A DNA stretch of 62,212 bases, the filler included, from Choristocarpus tenellus KU-1152 (lineage: Eukaryota > Protista > Phaeophyceae), in assembly GCA_964200185.2 (NCBI GenBank). It is 12 parts of 12 records of this genome, joined end to end, with 100 filler letters (N's around TTAATTAATTAA, not from the genome) between each part and the next. Parts side by side here need not be neighbours in the genome. Positions count along the whole stretch, not along the records: positions 49,406 to 58,884 come from CAXNAD020003642.1; positions 58,985 to 62,212 come from CAXNAD020021401.1; 10 more parts are not named here. One strand, given 5' to 3'. The notes below the pieces were generated by a model. The model had not been told where the DNA came from. It made no database searches and worked only from the letters and a program-made list of their open reading frames with translations. A program made the translations under genes and the position numbers. The stretch's first letter is position 1; every line of letters begins with the position of its first letter. Positions 50,856-62,212 of this stretch are shown here, one piece after another.

Positions 50856-53225
50856 GTAGATATATTTGTAGAAAAAGGATTGAAAAACTTTAATCGCTGG
50901 CTGAAAACCTTGTTTGTTGCTTTGATTTTTGGAAGAGGTGGAATGGACCGATTCATACACTATAATACATATTATTATACTATTAATACTGTAGAACAGA
51001 AAAATCCATGATGTGGATTCAGAGGGATGCATGATAAATAGCCCGAGATAATTATTATGATTGCCGATTTGGGACACATGCACCGTACTAGGATCCATGA
51101 ACCCTGTTCGTTCCCACTCACCTTCTATAATATTGTTGGTGCCTTCCACATTTTGATCATGAATTGAGGGGCAAAAGATCTCATTATAATCATATTAATT
51201 GGGTCCCACTGAGTCCCCAACACTTCACTGATGGTGTGACCAGAAAATGCATGGCATATATATGTGGAACGAACTTTGGAAGGGGACGATGGCGAAACAA
51301 ATGAAGAAATGATGTTACGATTACTGTGACCAAGAGGTGAAGACTGTTAGCAACAACAATGACTCCCATAATAGATGTAGCCAGGCCTTCTCTGCTCTTC
51401 CTCAAAACAATCTTATCACCATGAAAAAGGCACACCATAATATCACAAAAAGGGGTCAACCATAGATGAGAACTTCTGGTGCAGAGTTGAGGTCCCTCTG
51501 ACCTCCACCACTCCCTCCATTACTGTTGAAGTGGCAACAATTTTTCTTAGGTTGAAGGAGAAAGCTGACTAGAGGAGTGGGGATTGGAGGACATTTAACA
51601 CGTTGAAGGCAAAAGGAATTTTACTTCAATGATTTTTAATGTTTCAACGTCCGTTCTACAAATTGACTTCAAGTGTTTCTATTACTTAGGTTGATTCATG
51701 TTACGCCTTTAATATGATAATACTGTCATTGCACCAAAAAAATGCACACACATACATAGTAAAAAATAATCATCGCACGCACTTTATCTCCATTATACCT
51801 CTACTCGATGAATCGCATATATATATATTACAGTAAACAAACGAATAGGTCACAAGAAGTGACAAATAACGACTCTAGAGTATGTTCTTTTTCCCCTTCG
51901 AAGCCTTCACGAAGGCAATTCACCTCACTCTTAGGGGAGTGTCGATACACCATACCTACCTAGCACAGGAAAATTCAACAATAGCAACAACATACCACCC
52001 TTACCCAAGCAACACAGGAGAGTACAAATGAAGATGTAAAACAAGCACTTCACAACACAAGTATGAAGGGAAGTAGATCAACGCAGGCATCAAACATGTA
52101 CTGTGCACTCAAACAGTGGTACCTCAGAGAATATACAGAAGATAGACTCAGCACTCATCATGCTGTTAGGGCTTGTATTGTATCTAGCTGTGCAATGCGC
52201 GAACACACAAAGTTTTTTGTGCTTCATTACTGTTTCTTCTGCATCTCTATTCCTACTTCAGTGAGCTACTGCTCTCTAAAAAGGCTGCCGTCAAAATTCT
52301 ATAAATGATACCTGTCTTTACAAGAGCACCACCACCCTCCACCAAGTAAAAACCCAAATCACATGCTTCGCCTCCCTATCAAAAGTAGTGCCCAAATATC
52401 GTGATAGAGAACAGCAACAACAACAACCAGGAATAAAGATCTACGTTCGCCAGCTCTCAACCAAGGACACTAGCTGCACCAAGAAAAATATATATTATCT
52501 CTCCACCCTAATCCTAAAACAGTTATGATAAAATGTTCAAAAGAGGGGAAAGTAGGGTCATGGTGCACTATACAGAGACTCCCCAGGTACCCGTCATACC
52601 CTAGAGGTTCTCAAGGCTCATAGATCCATCACTCATTCTCCCAACCTATAGAACCGCCAGGGTTACTGAAGATCCTTGAACCACAGATGTCCACAAAAAC
52701 GATCAGTGTGGGGACACCCCATTCAAGTGCAATGTAGAATTCACATCAGTGAGGTAATTTCTGAACTATACCAACTCAACTCTACCCCAAATTCGCGCAG
52801 GGTGGGTTCAAAAAAATATAAAATAGAGACTTGCACACATCGCCTTCCTTGGGTATGGCAAAAGCAATGCAACCCAACACCCTTCATGTATAAACCTGAC
52901 ATGTTCACTCTGCCACGTGAAAACATGGCAACACAAGGAATAGACACTAGTAGCTCTAATACCAGGCCAGGCAATTGGTCCGCATGCATTATTTTCAGCA
53001 GATCTTGATCGTTGTTCCTCTCAGACAACATGAATTTAAATTACTTGGAAATAGAAACTTGCCAACAGAAGAGTATGAAAACAAGCACAAAAAAAAATCA
53101 TTTTGAGATCAAGATAATCACATCTTTGCATCTATGTGAAAGACTCGTCTTCGGCTTCTAATTTGTTCTCATGCTGAAACCACCCCCCATCAGGTGCACC
53201 TTGCAGTTGTTGTTCATCCCTCCTG

Positions 53226-56200
53226 TCACTCCCGCCTTGGTGGGTTCTTGTCACTGCACCTTCCCCTTCCCCCTCTGCCCGCCAGCTGCTCCACCAGCAC
53301 CTTCCAACAACAGTTTCCAATCAGATACTCATGGTCATTTTGTCAATTGATTGACTGGTTCATGTGAGGAATTGGCGTTAAAAAAAGAGAAAACTACAAA
53401 CAGGAGTAGAGTAGAGGAGCACCTTGTCTGTAATACGAAAAGGTCCCACCAGGTATGCAACACAATTAAAGTGGCACCAAACAAATAAGGGACAAATCAC
53501 ACAAAAGGGTCTCCTACACCATCAACAAAAGTGTTGTAGGTGCATGGACTTCTCAAATATTCATACCTTTACAATACATCAAAAGAATAGCAGCCTACTT
53601 GGTAACACCATCCTAGTAGCCCTAACACAAGACATACATAAACACAAGCCAAATAGCACTATGTATTCTGGCAATATTACCCTCCTCTATCTCTCCTTAC
53701 CCTACCAACAAAATTACCAAACGCACAATCCCCATTTCCTCCCCTGCCCTCGTACCTCAACACCCTTGCTGTCCTTCACAGTCTTTGACAATTTCAGCTT
53801 TGCCTTTGCACTCCCAAGCTCCGTCCTTACCGCTGCCTGACAGCTTGGGACGGTTTCCAGGGCCGCCACCACAAAGGCCCCCCGGTTAGAGCTGGCCCAG
53901 AGCAGCAGCTTTCCTGCCACCCGGCTCATGAGTGCATCTGCGAACCAAACTGTCCTTGGTGGGGAAGTGAGGTCTCCCTGCTCGGGAAGTAATCATCCCA
54001 TTGGGAGAACATCATGAGGCAAAGGCAGTGGAGGGAAGGGGGGAGGGGGGGAGTTGGGTAACAACTGTTATGAGTAAGCAATATTGTGTATTGAAGAAGG
54101 CACGGCTCATGAGGTGATGAAATATCGATGATTCTAACTCTCAAAATCCAATGTGACACACAGAAGAGCTTTGACCTCTCATCTACACCACTATTGATGT
54201 CAACTACACTAACAATGATAATCTGGTATCTCAGTATGAGAAAACACAACATGGGAGGGTGATGTATGAGAGTTGAGAAGCTCTCCCACAATACCAAACA
54301 TCACAACGCCTTTTCACCGATAGTAAAATAAATAGAAAAAACTATATTGGCTCCTCTCCAGAATTACAACAATGCAAGAAGCCACCCCCATGCACATGGT
54401 TACTAGTGTTGCTATTAAAGGAAGGTACAATCAGTAACGTATCAACACCACGCTGATGTAATCCCTTATCTCCCATCCCACAAACATTTTTTACTTCCAC
54501 CATCAACACTACTGCACCGGCTCTATCAACACCCACAAGAACCCATACATAGCAATCACATACAAGTGTTAACAATAGTGGATGAAGGTCAGGACTGGGA
54601 ATGGTGTCAGGATTTGCACTAGGGTTAAGGCTCTGTGCTCCTCCATAGAGTCATACCTCCGTCTTCTCACTAAAAAGTATGATTTAGTATCTTACAATGA
54701 CCTTACCAACCCTGTTTTATATTGTTCAATCAATGCCAAAGGCATTACAACCAAGTCTATCGTACCTTGGGGGAAGAGGCATCAGTGATCTGTTTGTCTG
54801 CCTCCCATACCAGGAGTTGCTTCATAAAAAGGTGACCTGATGCATCCTGCAATGTTACATAATCAATGTTGGAAAATAGGTATGACATGATGGAAAAATA
54901 GACACGGGAAAAGCGACGTACGGGGGGTGGGGGAAAGTCAATAAACGTCATATTTAACAGTTGCTAGCTATTTTAAAAATTAGCCTCCCCGCCCGTCCCC
55001 CCCCCCCAAAAAAAAATCACCAAAGGAAAAAAAAACTTCGTTTAACCTGGACTACCCCCTTCATATAACAAAAACACACAAAATACTCTTTTTTCTTATG
55101 CTGAAAACATGCACACTACTGAAATCACTCGACACCATGCACCTATTGCAGAAATGTCTTTCCTTCCCTCCCCTGTTCCTCACAGGTGCAAACACGGGAT
55201 GAATCACTCCACAGAAGGAAAGCACATGCCCAGTTAACTCCTCTCCAAACGCTAAGTGTCAAACATTTTCTTTCTACATCCCGATACAAAAAATAAAATA
55301 GCACACATTGAATCTTAGATACTCTTGATTGACTTCATTCTCACACCTCATGCATCGAGAGATGTCCAACAGCAGGCTCCTTACAGGCTACCACTGCCAC
55401 AGCCTCCACCAGCTCAGGAGTGGGGATCACCTAAAATATGGACAGGCATAACACAAATACAGCAGTACAACACTACGTCATGCATCTATGAAGTGAAGGG
55501 TGAGGAAATGCATCCACTGGACGGGAAGACATGAGGAACATTTTCCCCCAAGGATCGTAAAGACTCGAATGCAGCCGTTCTCTTAAAAAGTTTGAATGAA
55601 AATGTCCTGAAATTCTGAAATACACAACAAGGAACAGAATCACCAACACCACTGCCTGTCTCAAGTTATCTCTTTTGAAGTGTGCATTACCTGTGGTGAG
55701 ATGAACAAAGAAAGGCGAGCAATAAAATGCAGATTTCAAAACTCAAACACAAAATACATTTACTGGTACTCCAGAGTGGTATTCCGTCAAATGCAGTACA
55801 CCCATTGCACATGATATAGACCCACTTTCTTCTCCTACACACACCTTGAGCACCTCAAGCAGCACCAAAGAGCCTGCAAACTTCGAACGCATGAGCTCAG
55901 CTGCATGTTCAGCACAGACGCTCCTCAACGGGTCACGGAGGAATGCAAGCAGCTCTCGATTACGAACTGCCGAATCCTTTTTAGAGGATGGAACAAGAGG
56001 TACAGCCTCAGTCTCTGGTTTATCACCAGTCACAGTGGACTTGCTCCCTCCAGGTGCTGGGACCATGACAGGCTTGAGAAGGTCCAGTTCCTCAGGGTGA
56101 AGGTAGCTGATGGAGGGGGAGGCAGTAGAACCAGGCAATCAAGGTGGTGTGCATGTGAATGCCAGGGTGGAGGGAGTGGGGGAGAGGATTTGTGGGGTCG

Positions 56201-56701
56201 GGGGTAGATTGGGAGAGGGGTGGGGGTGGGGGGGAAAGACTGCTGTGTACTAGCAGCAAGCCAATGGTGGTGTTTCATCTAAAAAATGCACAAAAGTGTG
56301 TCAGGAAGGAAGGAGACGAGACGAAGATAGGTGGGGTGTGGCACTGTTCTGCACTGGCTCAAATCCAAAGAGGAAGTGATATTTGAGAACACCTTCCTGT
56401 ATGGTCCAGCATAGAGGGTATGTCACACTATATGTAATGCACGAGAAGAGCCAATCCAGCACTGACTACAGACAAAGAAAAAAAAGGAAACAAACCATAT
56501 GCAACAGTACAATAATGTTTTTTTTAAACAGGCAGGACTATTGATAAAAAAAATTCAATATGTGGGGATACAATTGATACGAGGCCATACGACACACTAA
56601 AAAACCCTTCTACTTTCATATGTACCCGAAGAAATCAGAAGCACACAACTGCATAGTCAGATGGACATGCTTCTCATCTCGGATCACAGGTTCCATTCCT
56701 C

Positions 56702-56745
<44 letters not shown>

Positions 56746-58627
56746 GAACAAACAACTTGAGCCTTTTGTTTTCCTGCAAGCACTCCAACGCCAAGGGCGT
56801 GCTGCAACCAATACCTATCACGCCGCACAAAAATACGAAATCCATCATCGCCTGGGTCACAAACTACAAACTCCAGAGTAGGCATATACAAACATACAAA
56901 CCCGACTTCCCACAAGCCTACCAGTGAGGCAATCAATAGACACGTTTGCTCCCTCTATCCATACACCACTTGCACTTCCAACCCTCAACCACCACAAGCA
57001 ATTACAGCCTGCCCTTCCCCTACCACCAGGGGTGGTGCACTTGTGCCTGTGAACATGTGACTAGTTTTGTGACAGGAGCTCTCACCTGCTCCGATCAGGT
57101 GCAAGCAGATGCAGCAGTACTTTACACCCATTCTGATGCATTGCCACGGAAAAGAGAGCCAGTGGGACCTTCTCTTCTCCTTTTTCCTCCTCCATTTCCA
57201 TTTCTGCCTGCTCCCCTTCACCCTCAGCCTCCTTGCCGCCTTTTCCCCCCCCCCCCCCCCCCCTTTCTTCCTCTTCATTCTCTACATCCATGGCTGCAAT
57301 GTCTCCTCCCACAGAAGGCTGCTCTCCCTTCCCCTTGCCCCCGGCATCCTCCTCCCCAACTGACACCTTGGGCTTGGATATACCCCTGGGGACCCACGAC
57401 TCCGCCGTTGACCCCATGTCCAGCTTTGGCAAGGCCTCAATTTGCTTAGCGTTCACAGTCTGTGGAACAAAAAATTGTCCATACGACAGTTACCAAAAAC
57501 AAAACAAAAAAATGGAACAAAGGGGTACACAGGGGTGTGTGTGTGTGTGTGTGTGTGTGAACAGGGGGGTAGAGTGGACCTCTCCACACAAGCCTTAGCG
57601 TTCCTTTAGGATTCACACGTAAAACGCATGCACTAAATTTCAACCTCAGTGTAAGTGGGCTCTAGGATGGAGTGTGAGAGGAATGCCGGGCACTGTATCG
57701 TGACAGTCCTCTTTTGAAAGAGGGTACTTTTCACATTGTGTACTTTCCCTGTGACATGCCGCAGCCTTGGTCTGTGTGTCACCCCTTAATCAGGGGGGGA
57801 GAGATAACATACGACAGCCAATAAACAGGCAATGCGTAACACTATCCAAACTTCCAGCATGAATAGAAACAACGAGGGATACGGCAAAAAGAGTACAACT
57901 CGTGATATCAAACACACACCACTTTAATTGGAAAATAAATAAATAAAAAATAAATATATCACCTCTGACACAAAAAATAGTACTCTAGAGTTGAAGGGAA
58001 CTCCCCCTCCCCTCCTTAATATACTCCTTGGTACTACGTGGTATTCATTGCATCAGAGCATACTATTCCTTTTCTCGATGGCGTAACCTTAACTATCAGA
58101 CATGTTTTTTCTTGTCACGGACAAGAAAATGCTCCACCTACTGTGCTATAGTAACAGCAACATTAGGAGATTGATAACAGTAACAATAGAAATGGTGCAT
58201 TACATGCCATCATCAATGTCAACGGCAACGTCAGGGGCCAGGATGTGGAGCAGAATGTTCGACGGAATCAAAACACACGTACAATGCACGAAAAACCCAC
58301 AATGAATTAGAGCATCTTCCGTATTGCACACAGATGAGTAAGGACTGAGAAACGTGTCAAGGGTACTTGTTTTCTTTGCTCCTGCCCCTCTCCATTCACC
58401 TCACCACCTCTTCAACACTCCTGTACACAAAATTGGATCCATTTGAAAGCTCAAAGCCCAACTGAAATCCATCCTCATCATCATCATCCTCAACCCACTC
58501 AAAGTCCTTAATAAAGGTCAAGTCACTCACCTCCAGAGGCTTCAACAGCTCAGAGAGCACCATTTTCTGACAGGTGACTGTGTCGTCCACAGAATCCACC
58601 AGGCGAACCACAGCAAGATAGGCATCC
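53226..58627 (-). CDS. PUM3: Pumilio homolog 3 / PUF-A / Puf6-like nucleolar RNA-binding protein (CPL domain), 3' portion
   Basis: Exons 58627-58531, 57459-57086, 56106-55845, 55430-55347, 54846-54766, 53977-53756 and 53300-53226: DSVDDTV...LSEL; GCKVLLHLLAP...YLHPEE..LL; SKKDSAVRNRELL; GHLFMKQL; WASSNRGAF. These are PUF-A C-terminal motifs in order. Confidence 0.88.
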
Positions 58628-61309
58628 CTGCATTTCAGGGGATCGGTTCAGGAACATTACCCACATCATTCAGTTACAAATATGTAATATTGGCACATGG
58701 TGATGTGGTAATGGCATGTCAGTAGCCAGAGACCCATTGGACAACACACACACACACACAACACAAATTCTATTTTGGAGCACAGAGAGAATAAAATAAA
58801 TATGTACAGGGTAGGACAGGGAACGGGGGGGGGGACAGCTGTACCATCACGAGGAAGGCAAAATGCAGCAGAGGCATGGCTAAGNNNNNNNNNNNNNNNN
58901 NNNNNNNNNNNNNNNNNNNNNNNNNNNNTTAATTAATTAANNNNNNNNNNNNNNNNNNNNNNNNNNNNNNNNNNNNNNNNNNNNGGGGGGGGGGGGGGTG
59001 GAATATACTATCAATATGTGACGAAATAGTAGCACAGGCACACCAACCAATGAAAGTGCTCCTTATTTATCTACTTTTCCTTCTTGTTCTGTCCCTCAGA
59101 GCTTCTCTACGAGGTAGGTATGTACGTATGACTTGGGTACTCTCCAAGTTATTGTCCATTTTTGCTCCATCCATAGAATGAGTCAAGAACGAAGCCATTT
59201 CCAGTCTGTCCTACCAAAATAAAACAACGAAAAAAAATGCGTGCTAGCAAGGAGGTGTGTGCTTTAATCCAACTGCACTACACACCATATAAAGCACAAC
59301 AAATTATGACTCTAAAGGTGCAATACAATTGCCCAAACGTATCTACCACTACCAACCTCTCTTCTGTTTTTTCGCGAATAGCTTGTCAATAGCGCATGCC
59401 CACCTGATGGTTGGCCACCACAATGGCCTGTGTCTCTGCATCAGGCATCTCCCCAGTAATTACCAACTTGCTTGGCGGCAGGATGGCAGAAACGGCCTCA
59501 ACAAACAGGGCCTCAGTCACAGAATTCTGGATTGGAATGTTCAGGGAAAAAGTCATTGTGCATATGTTACAATGTAGGGGGAGTTACGGTAGTAGCGACC
59601 CCCTGCTCAACTATTGGCTTCGAAGAGAGGAAGAAGGCAGGGAGCAAAAAGAGACACTGACACTAAAGAAGGAAAGGAGGCGGTATGGAGCAAGGGGAGT
59701 AGAGAAGAATGCGTTTGGCAGAAAGGTACATCTACATCTGGGCGTATTTTTAAGGGGTACGCAACAGATAGGAAAGGCAACTTGAAGTGGCAAAGAAGGG
59801 CAACCTATACCCAACCAGAGTGCGGTGCCAAACAGTTACGGTACTGATGTGCACTGTATGAAGAGGGAGATTGGCTATGACGACGTGGGCAAGGTGTTAT
59901 TTGCATATTAACGACGGTTTCGCTCAGCCCAGCAAGAGGACTTGCAACTGGACAAACATGGTCAAGCAAGCCGACAATCGGGGAGAAAAGAGACGTAAGG
60001 AAAGAACTCGAACAGGACAGACAACAATGAGACCTGAACCACATAATAAGATGAAGAGGTGGGATGCAGGTTAGACGGGATTCAGCGAAAGAGCATAGCC
60101 ACCATAGAAATAAGTCATCAACGGGAACAGGATCTTGAGGGGATACATTGAATGACCTTTGCAATACACGGGGTGACAAGGAAGTTGGTGCAGGGGTGAC
60201 TCACCAGTCTTCGTGCAAATTTGGCATCGAAAGGTCGAATAAACAGGAGAATCAAGAGCAGCAGGACATTTGCTCCAGCAGCGACAAGGATGAAGCACAT
60301 CAAATTCACGAACGCCGCCACCCCACCCAAGATGCTGCAAGGAAATGCAGACGATGATTGAATGATGATTGCTGGACGTACTTTGATTGGGAGAGAATAA
60401 GGGCATAATCTCATCATATATCATAACAGTGTCCCCAAGGAATGACCTCTTCATCTAAATATAGCTAAGGGGTGGCATATTTGACAAACTTGAGTGCATG
60501 GGCAAAGGTGGAAATCGCAATATTCTCCTACCCAGTCTTTGTCAACGTAGTCATGTAATTGAGTGTTATCCCCAGGATTACGAGTCCTCCAAGAAGAAGA
60601 TATGGGGTGGAAACCATATCAACTCCCATGATGCCCATAGTTTCTCGTTCCATGCTGCAAGCCTTACCCCTACACTTTCCACATCCAGGATACTGAACAA
60701 CAATACTTATTGTTACCTCCGCACACAATAAAAACGAAGAAAGGAAGAGGAGGATGATCCTTTTCAATTTTCTGTTTATACATCTCATTATTATATGTTA
60801 TATTGTCCAAAACGATTTTGTAGAGGTGTAAGAAAGAGTCAATTCAATACATATTATTTTACCCTCTAACATTTTGTAAATGATTGAGTGGAAAAACTGA
60901 TAAAAAGGCAATAAATAAAAAAGGCAATTCAATAGCATAACCTCTGAAAAAGTAACAGTTGTATTCAATAAGGACCCTTGTAAAAATATATCGCGAAAAT
61001 GTTCGAGGAGAATACATAATAATATATAATATGCATATGAAACCGTTACTATACAGCGTTTCTTATGATTTTGAAGTGGCTTTTCATTGGTTTTCTGTAG
61101 GTATGTTGTAAGAGGACTATCTCATAGAAACGATATGCTCTGGCGGTTTATTTGTTCCAGGTGCATGTCAAGCCTGGAATATTCCACATGGCACTGTCCT
61201 CTACGCATCTTCCACACCCCAATTCCCCAGTCTGTCTATGCTCCCCCATGGTCAGAGCATACTTTGATATATATATATATATATATAATGTTTCCCTACC
61301 TCGCCTTGT

Positions 61310-61460
61310 GGTGAAGGGTTAAGCTAGGTTGGAGTCATAGCATGAGAGTGCTGTAGTATATTTGGTAGTCAAACAGTAAAAAGATTTTGGAGAGGTATCT
61401 TTCACATTTGCCACGACTAACTGTTACTTTTTTGGGGGTTCCGATATCGAATTGGCTTTG
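61310..61460 (+). mobile_element. 3'-end fragment of the RLE-type non-LTR element
   Basis: gctaggttggag..ggtagtcaaacagtaaa.agattt.ggagag.tatctttcacattt..actgttacttttt..ggggtt matches 7945-8075. Confidence 0.8.
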
Positions 61461-61820
61461 TTCAAGTATTCCGCACTGGACCCACGGTTAAGATGATCTA
61501 TCGTGTGCCTTGGTAGAGGACAATAAATAGCTTGGTGTGAATATATAATGTTAGTGTTACAAGGGGCTTGTGGTCTCAATTCCATTGACTGAACTTACGG
61601 GGTGAGACGGATGTAGACTACCACGGATTTGCAACATCCACATGGATAATCACAAAAGAATGCTATCACTGGACCATGTGTACCATATATGATACATGAA
61701 CGGATAATCTAATATCAGGTCCCTACAATAGAGTAGGTTACCCGCTTTTGTTCACCCATGGNNNNNNNNNNCATGGGCATGCCCGAAAAAAGCGGAACAA
61801 AATTGATGTGGTACAAAACC

Positions 61821-61996
61821 GGGAAATCAATCGTCGAATCGACTAACAATCGTGGCATTCCTGGGAAATCAGTCGTGGAATCGACTAATTAATCGTGGCG
61901 AGCTGGAAAATCAATCATGGAATCGACTACTTAATCGTGGTGAGCTGGAAAAGCAATAGTGGAATCGACTAATTAATCTTGGTGAGCTGGGAAATG
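61821..61996. repeat. 42-bp tandem repeat, ~4.2 copies
   Basis: Unit ~GGRAAATCAATCGTGGAATCGACTAATTAATCGTGGYGAGCT starting at 61821, 61863, 61905 and 61947. Confidence 0.9.
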
Positions 61997-62212
61997 AGTT
62001 ATAAGCTTCATGGATAGGATGGAAACGATTACGAGCGCTTTTAAAAAATGATGTTTATGTGTTAATGCGCATCTCCCGCCTCGTCATAAGGAAAGAGAAT
62101 ACTGTACGTACCTTCTACCTCAGAATCTCTTCAGTCTTTCTAATATATATTGTTGCTCTCCTGGCGTAATCTTACTGTGTGACGCAACCCCAAGACAAAA
62201 GTATATGCCAAG

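Noticed and set aside
4277-58984. Repeated TTAATTAATTAA as a biological or CRISPR-like repeat
   Set aside because: It is always centred in exactly 44+44 Ns and is a six-frame-stop concatenation linker.
59330-60730. Gene or transposase on the plus strand of the last contig
   Set aside because: Short frames with many stops and no motif I can support. Possibly old transposon debris.
61821-61996. CRISPR array
   Set aside because: The units are contiguous with no unique spacers, there are no cas genes, and the context is eukaryotic.
1-62212. A functional cluster (FTO + NOX + kinases + PUM3 etc.)
   Set aside because: These genes lie on different contigs joined by artificial spacers, so their adjacency is meaningless. 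Only the kinase pair shares a contig.

Overview
This is eukaryotic, intron-rich genomic DNA. The host is most likely a brown-alga-type stramenopile, inferred from the gene set, GT/GC-AG introns, TTAGGG-type repeats and the LINE type. It is not one locus: twelve contigs are joined by eleven artificial 100-bp spacers (N44-TTAATTAATTAA-N44), so gene order across spacers means nothing. Splicing exons by hand gives these partial genes: the 3' half of an FTO (AlkB-family m6A RNA demethylase) with its 3' catalytic residues intact, a GC-AG intron and extra sequence in and after the C-terminal domain (1-4147, -); a ferric reductase/NADPH-oxidase-family flavocytochrome (8920-12795, -); the 3' end of a peptidase M48 gene; the 5' end of a copine; an MFS_2/GPH (MFSD2-like) transporter; two head-to-head sphingosine/ceramide-kinase-like paralogs, one with an in-frame TGA; the 3' part of PUF-A/PUM3; and a few unidentified exon chains. 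The rest is transposon debris: a decayed RLE-type (CRE-like) non-LTR element carrying a cleanly inserted solo LTR, other LINE and pogo remnants, and at least four Harbinger-like MITE families with shared termini, at which many contigs break. I found no evidence of a prokaryote-style multi-gene system such as CRISPR, a retron or a defence island. All protein assignments come from motif recognition, not database searches.
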